DNA of 57,972 nucleotides from a virus (Duplodnaviria; Caudoviricetes): IMG/VR virus record IMGVR_UViG_3300031227_000047, positions 1 to 57,972 of that record; one strand, 5' to 3'. Shown piece by piece: positions 8,663 to 17,414 of this stretch (position 1 is its first letter; each line of letters starts with the position of its first letter). The notes under the pieces were generated by a model. It saw only the letters and a program-made list of their open reading frames with translations, ran no database searches and was not told where the DNA came from. The position numbers and the translations under genes were made by a program.

Positions 8663-10028
8663 ACATATCAAAAAACGGCTTGGAAGAAAGCTCTGGAAAT
8701 CCTTACGTCCATATCAGAGAAAAGGTGTTTCCTTCTTAGAGTACAAGAACGGGAGGGCACTTCTCGCCGATGATATGGGGCTTGGAAAGACTTTACAGGT
8801 TTTAGCCTGGCTCAGGCTCCATCCAAAGAAAAAAGCCGTTGTAGTCATGCCAGCGGTAGTTAAATGGAAATGGAAAGATGAAGTAGAAAAATGGACACCG
8901 GAAAGAAAAGTGGAAGTACTTTCCAGTAGAACTCCACATAGGATCAAGCTTTCCAAAAACTTACTCTTGATTAACTATGACATACTTCATGATTGGATAA
9001 ATGAGATCAAGATATGGGGGCCTGATGTTTTGGTTGTGGATGAGGCACACTATATCAAGAACGGAAAAACCAAGCGCACCAAGGCAGTTTATAAACTTCA
9101 TCATTTGTGTGAGCATTTTATTCCTCTTACAGGAACTCCGGTTGTGAATGCTCCTGTTGAGTTCTTCCAGATTTTGAAACGATTGGATCCTACTTTGTTT
9201 CCGAGTTTCTGGAAATATGCTCATAGATATTGTGCTGCAAAGCATAATGGGTTTGGTTGGGATTTTAAAGGCGCTTCCAACGAAGAGGAATTACATGAAA
9301 AGATTTCAAAGGAAAAGCGGTTGATGATTCGGCGTTTGAAAGAAGAGGTACAAGATCAAATGCCGGATATAGTAAAAACTGTACTCCCACTGAAATTGAA
9401 TTCCAAATCCTATGATATAGCTTTGTCTGATTTCAAAAAGAATGTATTCAAAAAAGACAAAACGACAGCAAACATTCTGGCTGAAATCTCAGAGTTGAGG
9501 CAAAATACTTTACAGATGAAATTACCGATGGTAGCGCAATGGTTGGAGGATTTCTTAGAAGATGGAGATCAAAAAATCGTAGTTTTTGGTCATCATAAAA
9601 TTGGCATAAATTTTTTGATGGATCACTTCGGGAAATTGGCTATCCGGATTGATGGATCGGTTCCTGTTAAAAAGCGCCATGAAGATGTGCAAAGGTTCAA
9701 TACCGATCCAAAAATCAGAATGGTTGCAGGAAATCTGAAAGCGGCTGGAGTAGGAATTGACTTAATCGGAGCCTCAAACGTATTATTTATTGAGCTTCCT
9801 TGGTCGCCGGCGGATTTAAAACAGGCCACGGATAGAATCAATCGAATCGGGCAAACAGCTAAAACCATTTTTGTGTACTATATGTTGGTAAAAGATTCTA
9901 TTGAAATGGACATGATGGATTTGATTGATTCAAAAGCTAAAGTACTTTCTCAGGTTTTGGATGGGAAGCAAATTGAGAAACAGGATTTGTTGAAAACTTT
10001 ATTAAAACGTTACAGAAAAGGAAACTGA
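8643..10028 (+). CDS. SNF2-family helicase/ATPase (HARP-like)
   Basis: LADDMGLGKT, DEAH, LTGTP, GVGIDL, QATDRINRIGQ motifs. Confidence 0.92.
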   Translation: MQNWKLKHIKKRLGRKLWKSLRPYQRKGVSFLEYKNGRALLADDMGLGKTLQVLAWLRLHPKKKAVVVMPAVVKWKWKDEVEKWTPERKVEVLSSRTPHRIKLSKNLLLINYDILHDWINEIKIWGPDVLVVDEAHYIKNGKTKRTKAVYKLHHLCEHFIPLTGTPVVNAPVEFFQILKRLDPTLFPSFWKYAHRYCAAKHNGFGWDFKGASNEEELHEKISKEKRLMIRRLKEEVQDQMPDIVKTVLPLKLNSKSYDIALSDFKKNVFKKDKTTANILAEISELRQNTLQMKLPMVAQWLEDFLEDGDQKIVVFGHHKIGINFLMDHFGKLAIRIDGSVPVKKRHEDVQRFNTDPKIRMVAGNLKAAGVGIDLIGASNVLFIELPWSPADLKQATDRINRIGQTAKTIFVYYMLVKDSIEMDMMDLIDSKAKVLSQVLDGKQIEKQDLLKTLLKRYRKGN

Positions 10029-10029
10029 C

Positions 10030-10299
10030 ATGACTGACATGAGCAAACACACACCGGGGCCGTGGAAATACAACAAGCTTAGCTATTTCAGCCTAGTCTT
10101 AGCAGGAGCAATACAAGTATGCAAATTGTTTTGTGGGGGTAAAGAACGTGATGAAGTAGAAGCCAACGCTTGTTTGATAGCCGCCGCGCCTGACATGCTG
10201 GAGGCGTTGGAAGCAATCGTTGAAAATCCCCATTCACTCTACAGCCGCCCCTCGCTAGATTTAGGAATAGCAGCAATCGCCAAGGCGAAAGGAAACTGA
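10030..10299 (+). CDS. HTPGPW-family phage protein, tandem paralog 1
   Basis: MSKHTPGPW...ANACLIAAAPDMLEALE. Confidence 0.75.
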   Translation: MTDMSKHTPGPWKYNKLSYFSLVLAGAIQVCKLFCGGKERDEVEANACLIAAAPDMLEALEAIVENPHSLYSRPSLDLGIAAIAKAKGN

Positions 10300-10300
10300 C

Positions 10301-10564
10301 ATGAGCAAACACACACCGGGGCCGTGGAGTCACGAATTCGGATACGTCTATATGGGGGCATTACAAATATGTAAATTGTTATGTGGCACCAAGTCGCGCG
10401 AGGAAACCAACGCCAACGCCCGCTTGATAGTCGCCGCGCCTGAAATGCTGGAGGCGTTGGAAATGGCGCAAAATTGGCTTGAGGAGGTTGTTTTTGAGGA
10501 GTGTGATTATAACCCCGTAAGACAAATAAAAGCTGCAATCACCAAGGCGAAAGGGGAAATCTAA
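10301..10564 (+). CDS. HTPGPW-family phage protein, tandem paralog 2
   Basis: MSKHTPGPW...ANARLIVAAPEMLEALE. Confidence 0.75.
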   Translation: MSKHTPGPWSHEFGYVYMGALQICKLLCGTKSREETNANARLIVAAPEMLEALEMAQNWLEEVVFEECDYNPVRQIKAAITKAKGEI

Positions 10565-10770
10565 TGGATTTAATATTACGTAAGACTGCACAACGATTTA
10601 TGGCCGATAACGAGGTTATTTATGAGAGAATCACGTATCGATGGGGCGATGTTCATTGGAAGAAATATGCATCCTCAATAAGTAGTATGATCCCTATTGC
10701 GGTGGGTACTCCTGAATTTGTGGAACTTGAAGCTGCTTATCAAAAACTATTACAACCAAAGGAAGTATAA
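10564..10770 (+). CDS. hypothetical protein
   Basis: TAATG coupling. Confidence 0.55.
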   Translation: MDLILRKTAQRFMADNEVIYERITYRWGDVHWKKYASSISSMIPIAVGTPEFVELEAAYQKLLQPKEV

Positions 10771-10772
10771 TT

Positions 10773-11444
10773 ATGAATGAAGATACGTATATCCGAAATA
10801 GTGACGGAGTTGAAGTTGAAGCAATTCAATTCGATGGGACAAAAAAAAGCGCCGCCAAAATTATGGCGCGGCGCGGTGTTAGTGAATATCTTGTTATACA
10901 AGACGCTTTTGCTACAGGTATTGTTTATTCATTGCCAAATCAAGAGTGCAGAGAGGAGTTGTTTAAAGGGAGTTGGCTTGTCAAATGGCCAAATGGTGAT
11001 TGGTCAATTGTTCTTGATATTGAGAAGGATTTCCACCGTCCCGAATCGCCCGAACGGGCCAAACTCAAAGCACAAGTAAAAGCTCTTGATGATTCAATTA
11101 TTCATTGGATGGAAAATTTATCGCTTCTAGAAAAGATTAATGTTGATTCAAATACTTGTGCGTGCTGTGCTTTATCACCAGAAGGTAAGGCCCCGGTATG
11201 TAGTCTTTGCCCTATATTTCAGAAAACTAAGCAAACAGGTTGTGTGAACACACCTTGGCGAAAAGCAGCGGATTGTTTAAGTAACGCATCGCTCGCTTTT
11301 GATGATGAAATTCAATTTCTATGTGGGATTCGATATGAATTACAGACCCGACTTGATGACAGTGCTGTTTTTGCCAATCTATTGAAGCGGTTCACAGAAA
11401 CAATTAGAAAGATAGAAGCAAAAAAATCTGAAAAGGATACTTGA
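10773..11444 (+). CDS. two-domain hypothetical protein with Cys-rich C-terminus
   Basis: VEAIQFDG domain plus CxCC..CxxCPIFQKTK..C domain; paralog of 14904..15548. Confidence 0.7.
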   Translation: MNEDTYIRNSDGVEVEAIQFDGTKKSAAKIMARRGVSEYLVIQDAFATGIVYSLPNQECREELFKGSWLVKWPNGDWSIVLDIEKDFHRPESPERAKLKAQVKALDDSIIHWMENLSLLEKINVDSNTCACCALSPEGKAPVCSLCPIFQKTKQTGCVNTPWRKAADCLSNASLAFDDEIQFLCGIRYELQTRLDDSAVFANLLKRFTETIRKIEAKKSEKDT

Positions 11445-11704
11445 TTATGCAAAGCACAGATAAAAAGATCCCTAAAAAATTCACAGTTACTTCCAAAATA
11501 CCACCATTAAGGAAAAATGGATCTTGTAGTAGAAAATGCCCCTTGATGCACATTCGTTATTTTACAGATGCAGGAGATGCAGGGGGTAAATATGTAATGT
11601 GTCGTTGTAAATTGGATTGCTTTAAAGGACGATCATTAGGTAAGGAAACTTGGCCTGGCTCCAAGTGTCCAAGGTATCCAAACAAAAGAAAAACGGAGGT
11701 ATGA
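11441..11704 (+). CDS. Cys-rich small protein
   Basis: IPPL..G.CSR.CP...PG..CPR; paralog of 23154..23345. Confidence 0.6.
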   Translation: MIMQSTDKKIPKKFTVTSKIPPLRKNGSCSRKCPLMHIRYFTDAGDAGGKYVMCRCKLDCFKGRSLGKETWPGSKCPRYPNKRKTEV

Positions 11705-11708
11705 AATT

Positions 11709-11942
11709 ATGTGTAGCAATCACATTTCAACCAGCGAAGAGCTTGAAGCAATTGAGACAATGTGTCCACATTGTAGAGCAAAATTAAATGAGTGTGTTCC
11801 TTTCAAAAGGCAAGGGGATCTTTTTTTAAAAAAGGGTGAATGGGAAAACACACCAACGTTCTGTTCTGCGTGTAAAAAAACCATAAACGTTGTCTTTATT
11901 AAAATGCCTCCCAAAATAATTACTGTTAGTTCTTCAGAGTGA
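11709..11942 (+). CDS. Zn-ribbon protein
   Basis: CPHC...CSAC; GGAGG RBS. Confidence 0.6.
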   Translation: MCSNHISTSEELEAIETMCPHCRAKLNECVPFKRQGDLFLKKGEWENTPTFCSACKKTINVVFIKMPPKIITVSSSE

Positions 11943-11963
11943 AAATAAAAAAAGGGTAGAATT

Positions 11964-12458
11964 ATGACAGATTCACAGTTTCAGGATTTTATAGGATTAG
12001 TAAGAGAAAGAGCTTCTCAATTCAAAAGAAAAGTTTGTGGATTGGAATTTGAGGATTTGGAACAAGAAGGCTGGTTATTATTCATACACAAAGTGCTTCC
12101 AAATTTTGATGAAGCAAACGATACCAAACTTTCAACCTATTTTTATTCAGCACTCACTCACAAATTTATGTCTCTCACTAGTTATCATTCAAGGCGGATT
12201 TGTGAAGCTTTAAATCCAGCCATAGCAGCCCCGGTTGAAAAGCTAAGTATCTATCTGAGATTGGAACTTTCAGAAAAATCCTTGGAAGTTATTCATCTTT
12301 TGCTAGAGGAAAGCGTAGAATTGTATGGGGAAGGAATAAAGGAAATTCCAAAGCCAACTTTGGGTTTGATAAGAAATGCTTTGAGAAATCGAGGATGGAC
12401 ACATAAAGATATTGCAAGTTCATTCAAAGAAATAAAAGGAGCTTTAGCTTCATTGTGA
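11964..12458 (+). CDS. sigma-factor-like protein (sigma70 region 2)
   Basis: FEDLEQEGWL...FD....KLSTY region-2 signature. Confidence 0.7.
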   Translation: MTDSQFQDFIGLVRERASQFKRKVCGLEFEDLEQEGWLLFIHKVLPNFDEANDTKLSTYFYSALTHKFMSLTSYHSRRICEALNPAIAAPVEKLSIYLRLELSEKSLEVIHLLLEESVELYGEGIKEIPKPTLGLIRNALRNRGWTHKDIASSFKEIKGALASL

Positions 12459-12459
12459 A
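12429..12459 (+). repeat. 31-bp direct repeat copy 1 (copy 2 at 13112-13142)
   Basis: GAAATAAAAGGAGCTTTAGCTTCATTGTGAA identical in both copies. Confidence 0.95.
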
Positions 12460-13141
12460 ATTTAATAAAGAATCAGACATGGCGGCCCCTGTAATCGCGC
12501 TCATGGAGGCGGAGGGCTGGGATGTATATCAGGAAGTACAGGCATGGGAGCACGGCCCCGTGTGCGACCTTGTAGGCCGTATGGGGGATTTGATCTGGTG
12601 TGTCGAAATGAAACTATCACTATCGCTCGCCTTGCTCGAGCAAGCATACGCATGGAAGCGGAGAGCCAGTTATGTTTCGATTGCCGTGCCGCTGAAAAAG
12701 TCTTTTCAGAAAAGACGTTTTGTGCATCAATTATGTAACGACTACGGGATAGGCATTATCTTAGCCAGGCCACATGTAGCATCTATAGAAGAGCCTGCTC
12801 TGTTGAATCGAACGCCGTGGACTGGAAGTTTCAAAAGCAGATTATGTGAGGATCACAAAACGTTTGCTGTGGCGGGCAATGCGGAGGGAGCTCGATATTC
12901 GCCATTTCAAAAAACTAAGCATGCCCTGATTGAGATTGTTATAAACAGTCCAGGCATTACAATGAAAGCCGCGGTTGAAACAATTTCGCACCATTATGTC
13001 AATGACCAATCGGCGAGATCTTCGCTTGCACATTGGATAAATGCTGGCAAGATTAAGGGCATACGCGCTGAGGGCAAGCCGTTACGGCTTTACTATGAAG
13101 AACCAGGAGGGGAAATAAAAGGAGCTTTAGCTTCATTGTGA
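12455..13141 (+). CDS. PD-(D/E)xK nuclease-fold protein
   Basis: KESDM...VYQEV...CDLV...CVEMK...LLEQA motif order; flanked by the 31-bp repeats. Confidence 0.6.
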   Translation: MKFNKESDMAAPVIALMEAEGWDVYQEVQAWEHGPVCDLVGRMGDLIWCVEMKLSLSLALLEQAYAWKRRASYVSIAVPLKKSFQKRRFVHQLCNDYGIGIILARPHVASIEEPALLNRTPWTGSFKSRLCEDHKTFAVAGNAEGARYSPFQKTKHALIEIVINSPGITMKAAVETISHHYVNDQSARSSLAHWINAGKIKGIRAEGKPLRLYYEEPGGEIKGALASL

Positions 13142-13984
13142 ATAAGAAAGATTTGAAAAGACAAATAAAAACAGCTCATTTTTTTGCTGGAGGTGGAGGT
13201 GGGATTCTTGCTTCTGAAATATTGGGTCATGAATCTGTGCTCGCTGTCGAAATAAATCAAAGGCGTTGTGCTATTTTAGAGGAACGTAAGTCTGAGGGTT
13301 GGTTTAAAAGCTTGGAGGTTGAATGCTGTGATATCAGAGAGTTTGACAACGAACAATGGAAAGGAAAAGTGGATTGCATCTCAGCGGGATTCCCTTGCCA
13401 GGATATTTCATCTGCCGGTTCGGGCACGGGAATTAAAGGGGAACAATCAGGGCTCGTATTCGATTTGCTCAAATCAATTGCCATTATTCAACCTGGGATT
13501 GTGTTCCTCGAAAACAGTCCCAATATCAGAACCAGAGGGCGTGATGTTGTCATCGGTGAACTCATGGCGCTTGGATATTCCTGGCGCGACGGAATGCTTG
13601 CAGCCGCTCATGTCGGCACGGGCCATCTCCGCAATCGCTGGTGGTGCCTTGCTGTTAACACTTCTGGCAAGCGATGCCTCCAGGAGTCCAAATCTATTCT
13701 CGAAAGAGCGCAATATAAATCTAGTAAAGGAGTTGTTGATCCTAAAATATTGTTTAGCCAACAACTTACGCACGCCATCGAGAGGGGGGGGATTGTCACG
13801 AGACGACACAGAAATTATTAGAGATGGGGCTATCTACACAGGGCGTTTCGGCTGGTCACCGCCTGACGCCGGCGTTTGCAGAGTGGTGGATGGGTTGGCC
13901 TCTCGGGTGGACCGGATTAAAACCTGCGGAGACGGACAAGTGCCGCTACAAGCGGCGTTAGCTTGGCTATTGTTGAGTGCATGA
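13138..13984 (+). pseudogene. C5 cytosine DNA methyltransferase alpha subunit, frameshifted at G8 tract (13784-13791)
   Basis: Motifs I (FAGGGG), IV (GFPCQ), VI (ENSP), VIII (HLRNR) in the 13138 frame; motif X (RIKTCGDGQVP) in the +1 frame ending at 13984. Confidence 0.85.
13319..13961 (+). pseudogene. overlapping-frame beta subunit of C5 MTase (M.EcoHK31I-type), frameshifted at the same G8 tract
   Basis: Long alternative ORF inside alpha; third frame after G8 reads ...RLTPAFAEWWMGWPLGWTGL..., stop at 13961; start codon uncertain. Confidence 0.7.
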
Positions 13985-13998
13985 AATGAGAAAAGAAA

Positions 13999-14880
13999 AT
14001 GATTGATTTAGAAAAAGCAGTTACAATTCTTGGAATAGAATTCCTTTCCTCTGGCGATAAACATTGTACACAGGGATGGATTCAATTTTCCTGTCCATAT
14101 TGTAAAGGTGAATGGTATTTAGGATGGAATATAGATGGGGGATATTTCCATTGTTGGTCTTGTGGAGGGGTTCCTGTTTGGAAGACTTTGAACCTACTTT
14201 CTAAATTTCCCTTAGAACACATTCAAGAAATTTGTAATCGATACACAATAGGCCCAAATTTTACTCATAAACCCGCTCAAAATGCTCTACAACGTGAGAT
14301 ATCACTCCCGACTTATACAAACTACATCTCAGATTATCACAGAGCTTACCTGCTCTCCAGGGGATTCGATCCAAAAGAGATTGAAGAGAGATATCAGATA
14401 AGGGGAAGTGAACACCTTGGGGAAATCAGGTGGTCTATTTTCATTCCGATTTATTGGGAAGGGATCATGGTTTCTTGGATTGCTCGAAGCATCAAAAAGA
14501 AATCAGAATTCTCATATATGTTTTGCCCTCCAGAACCAGATGCTCTTTCTGTTAAGAATATTTTGTATGGATGGGATTTTTTGTATACGAAAAAAGCGGT
14601 TTTGGTAGAAGGTGTTTTGGATATGTGGAAGTTAGGGCCGGGTGCTATAGCTTCATTTGGGGTTACTGTTACTTCTGAGCAAATAAAGTGGCTTTCCACT
14701 TTGGATTCTATTTACATTATGTTTGATTCAGATGTGCCTGGAATCAGGAGAGCAAAAAAGTTAGCAAAGCAATTGGCTTCGATTATGGATGTTGAAGTGA
14801 TAACTTTAGATACAGGGGATCCGGGGGATTTATCGAGGAAAGAAGCAAGGAAAATCATGGAAGAATTAGGATTTGTGTAA
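13999..14880 (+). CDS. DNA primase (Zn finger + TOPRIM)
   Basis: CPYC...CWSC; VEGVLD; MFDSD; DPGD. Confidence 0.88.
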   Translation: MIDLEKAVTILGIEFLSSGDKHCTQGWIQFSCPYCKGEWYLGWNIDGGYFHCWSCGGVPVWKTLNLLSKFPLEHIQEICNRYTIGPNFTHKPAQNALQREISLPTYTNYISDYHRAYLLSRGFDPKEIEERYQIRGSEHLGEIRWSIFIPIYWEGIMVSWIARSIKKKSEFSYMFCPPEPDALSVKNILYGWDFLYTKKAVLVEGVLDMWKLGPGAIASFGVTVTSEQIKWLSTLDSIYIMFDSDVPGIRRAKKLAKQLASIMDVEVITLDTGDPGDLSRKEARKIMEELGFV

Positions 14881-14903
14881 CAATATAAAAAGGAGACACG
14901 GTA

Positions 14904-15548
14904 ATGAAAAATGAAAATGGTTCAAAAACTTACAATTGGATAGGTCACGGGATCCGAGTAACAGCACTTCAATTCAACGGCACAAATGCTCAAGCTGTAA
15001 TGGCGTTTCGTTGTTTAACATTTGAGGATTACCACCTTGCTTATGATGAAAATAATAATGTTATTGCGATTGTGTATTCTGTTCCTGTCGTGCCTCTTTG
15101 TCGTTTTAACAAAACCGATTGGTTTGTTAAAACGAATGATGGCAAATTTAAAAGATATAATGATCATGACTTCAATAATATCTACACTCTCGTGGATAGT
15201 ATTTGCTTTCCATTCTCGCTCTTGGAGTTAAAAGTGCAATTACGAGCTGTCAATGACTTGATTAAACATTGGAAACACAACTTAGTTCAATTAGAAGAAA
15301 TAAAAGTCCAAGGGGATTCTTGTACCTGTTGTGCTTTTTCGCCTCAAGGCGATCTATGCCATTCTTGTCCTATATTTCAAAAAACTAAACTAGATGCCTG
15401 TAAGGGTACGCCTTGGGGCCAGGCATATGATTGTCTTAAGATTGCAAAAACTGCATTTGAAAAGGAAATCGCCTTTTTGCATAACATTCGATCCGAACTA
15501 CAGGTTAAAGTTAATGAACATGAAAGTAAAAAGAAAAGATCTGAATAA
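14904..15548 (+). CDS. two-domain hypothetical protein with Cys-rich C-terminus
   Basis: Paralog of 10773..11444 (CTCC..CHSCPIFQKTK..C.GTPW). Confidence 0.7.
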   Translation: MKNENGSKTYNWIGHGIRVTALQFNGTNAQAVMAFRCLTFEDYHLAYDENNNVIAIVYSVPVVPLCRFNKTDWFVKTNDGKFKRYNDHDFNNIYTLVDSICFPFSLLELKVQLRAVNDLIKHWKHNLVQLEEIKVQGDSCTCCAFSPQGDLCHSCPIFQKTKLDACKGTPWGQAYDCLKIAKTAFEKEIAFLHNIRSELQVKVNEHESKKKRSE

Positions 15549-15554
15549 TTTCAC

Positions 15555-15583
15555 TTTACTTTCAAAGTGATTTGATATATAAT
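15555..15583 (+). promoter_or_regulatory. sigma70-type promoter of initiator operon
   Basis: TTTACT-17bp-TATAAT. Confidence 0.75.
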
Positions 15584-15586
15584 AAA

Positions 15587-15730
15587 TTTGACGATCAAGG
15601 TAAGCGACAATATGCGAAGTACAAAAAATCAAATCAATATAAAAACCCTTGCGGGGTTGGTGCGGGTTCTTGTCTCGTCAAACAAGATTCGCTTTTGTCG
15701 CACCTGTACCACCCCGCAAGGGTTTTTTGT
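15587..15730 (+). ncRNA. structured leader/attenuator (C4/CI-like architecture)
   Basis: Long outer stem 15641-15667/15702-15727 with G.U pairs, inner hairpin, U-tail; upstream segments complementary to its loops. Confidence 0.6.
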
Positions 15731-15746
15731 ATTTATGAGATGAAGA

Positions 15747-16667
15747 ATGAATGGTCCTTCCTCTTTAACAGAATTGTTTAAATCAAATGGATTTTTACAA
15801 GTTCATCGAGTTTTGATTTTGCGAATGGGACTTACTCCAGCTGTTTATCTTTCTTATATTTTTTCAATAATTAGACAAGAAAAAAAGAGCACAAACGACT
15901 GGATTTTGATTGACTTAAAAAAGGTAAGATTTGAAACTGGATTATCTTTTCATAATCAAAGAAAAAGCCGTTCTTTTTTGGAAGAAAAAGGCATGATGAA
16001 ATGTAGGGTAAAAGGGTATTTTCTTTATGCTCAATTAGCAGAAAAGAGGATTTTTTCTTTCTTGAAAAAAACCAAACCGATCAATATATTAACAGGTTTA
16101 GATGAAAAACCGATCAATATTTTAATCAAACCGATCAATATATTAACAGGATCCGATCAAAATATTGATCGCTCTTATAATAGTAAGAGAAAAGAAAGAG
16201 AAGAAAGAAAAAATAAACAAAAAGAAAATCCATTTTTTTCTGGAAAGTCCCATGAAAAGATCTTACTCAAAATTTCCAAAAATGAAATTATACTTTCTCC
16301 AAGAATCATTTTCAATTTGTGGAATGCAATTTCTAAAAAAACAGATTTAAAGAAATGTACTTTTTTGGATGTGAAGTTGAAAAAACAAATTTCCAGTTTA
16401 CTCAATTCATATCCACCGAAAGTTTGGGTATCTGCATTTGAAAATTTAAGTGGAAATGATTGGTTGCATTCCCAAAGTTGGTTTAGCCTGGATTGGTTAG
16501 TGAAAGATCAATCAAATCTCAGGAAAGTTGCGGAAGACCAGTATCATCAAAATGAGGATCAACCAAAAAAACAAAATAGACCAGCAAATGCGGCAGGATA
16601 TGATCAAGTTCCAGCTTTAATGGAAAAGGCTTGGAAAAACCGGATTAGATTGGATACAAAAGAATGA
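15747..16667 (+). CDS. phage replication initiator (lambda O/DnaD-like)
   Basis: N-terminal wHTH-like region, central iteron-coded KPINIL repeats, C-terminal W.SLDWL...N..KV.E..Y; upstream of DnaC-like gene. Confidence 0.75.
   Translation: MNGPSSLTELFKSNGFLQVHRVLILRMGLTPAVYLSYIFSIIRQEKKSTNDWILIDLKKVRFETGLSFHNQRKSRSFLEEKGMMKCRVKGYFLYAQLAEKRIFSFLKKTKPINILTGLDEKPINILIKPINILTGSDQNIDRSYNSKRKEREERKNKQKENPFFSGKSHEKILLKISKNEIILSPRIIFNLWNAISKKTDLKKCTFLDVKLKKQISSLLNSYPPKVWVSAFENLSGNDWLHSQSWFSLDWLVKDQSNLRKVAEDQYHQNEDQPKKQNRPANAAGYDQVPALMEKAWKNRIRLDTKE
16074..16230. promoter_or_regulatory. putative replication origin (iterons + purine-rich tract)
   Basis: AAACCGATCAATAT at 16074, 16107, 16128; partial copy at 16153, inverted copy at 16164; then A/G-rich stretch. 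Confidence 0.75.
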
Positions 16668-16830
16668 AATCCCAATACCAGATTAAAATACTCAGGAACA
16701 CGTTCATTTCACTCTGTATGGGGTTTTCTTTCATTTTTACTAATAATACCTTGATAGAGGTTCTCAAACGCTTACAAACGATTACAGAGGTTTTTAGATA
16801 TTTGGAAAAACAAACAAGGAGAAAACAGTT

Positions 16831-17406
16831 ATGTCATTTGGATTACCAGGAAAAGTTTTAAAAGCAATCGGGACAATTGCAAGTAATGATCCTACCAGGG
16901 AAAATTTGAATTACGTTCATATTTTGCCAAAGGAGGAGAAAGTACTTATCGAAGCTACAAATGGGAGAGTTGCTTGTCGTTTAATAACCAGTCAATCAGT
17001 AGCTAATGAATGTTTTATAAGACGAGAAATATGTCTTGGATTGAAAGCAGTAGATATATGTGTTTTTACTGATACCTCGTTTTTAGCAGGACAAGCTACT
17101 TTTCCTCTTGTTTTAAAAGATGATTTTGAAAAAAAGGTAAAAGATCAATCAAATAGTAAGAAGTATCCAGACTTAGATCAAGTATTACCAAAAAAAGATG
17201 TAGAGTTTGGAATACCCGCCGTGGATTTTGCTTGTCCTGTTTTGTTATCTGTTTTTAAAATGATTCACGCACTTGAACCTAAATATGCAATCCGGTTTAA
17301 TTTTCTTCCAAATCGTATGATGTTTATGCAAGTTGAAACAGCTTATGGAAATCTTGAAGTTGTTGTAATGGGAGTGACAAGGGTGAATTGTAAATTAGAC
17401 TTGTAA
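16831..17406 (+). CDS. partial beta-clamp-like protein
   Basis: ASNDPTRENLNYV...ATNGR...KYPDLDQVLP resembles DnaN central-domain motifs. Confidence 0.6.
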   Translation: MSFGLPGKVLKAIGTIASNDPTRENLNYVHILPKEEKVLIEATNGRVACRLITSQSVANECFIRREICLGLKAVDICVFTDTSFLAGQATFPLVLKDDFEKKVKDQSNSKKYPDLDQVLPKKDVEFGIPAVDFACPVLLSVFKMIHALEPKYAIRFNFLPNRMMFMQVETAYGNLEVVVMGVTRVNCKLDL

Positions 17407-17414
17407 AAATCATT

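Noticed and set aside
15572-15781. 69-aa ORF
   Set aside because: TTG start overlaps the promoter, no RBS; region better explained as a structured leader
16664-16861. 65-aa ORF after initiator
   Set aside because: ATGA overlap is suggestive, but it overlaps the next gene by 31 nt, has no recognisable motif and coincides with a putative DNA structural element; left uncalled
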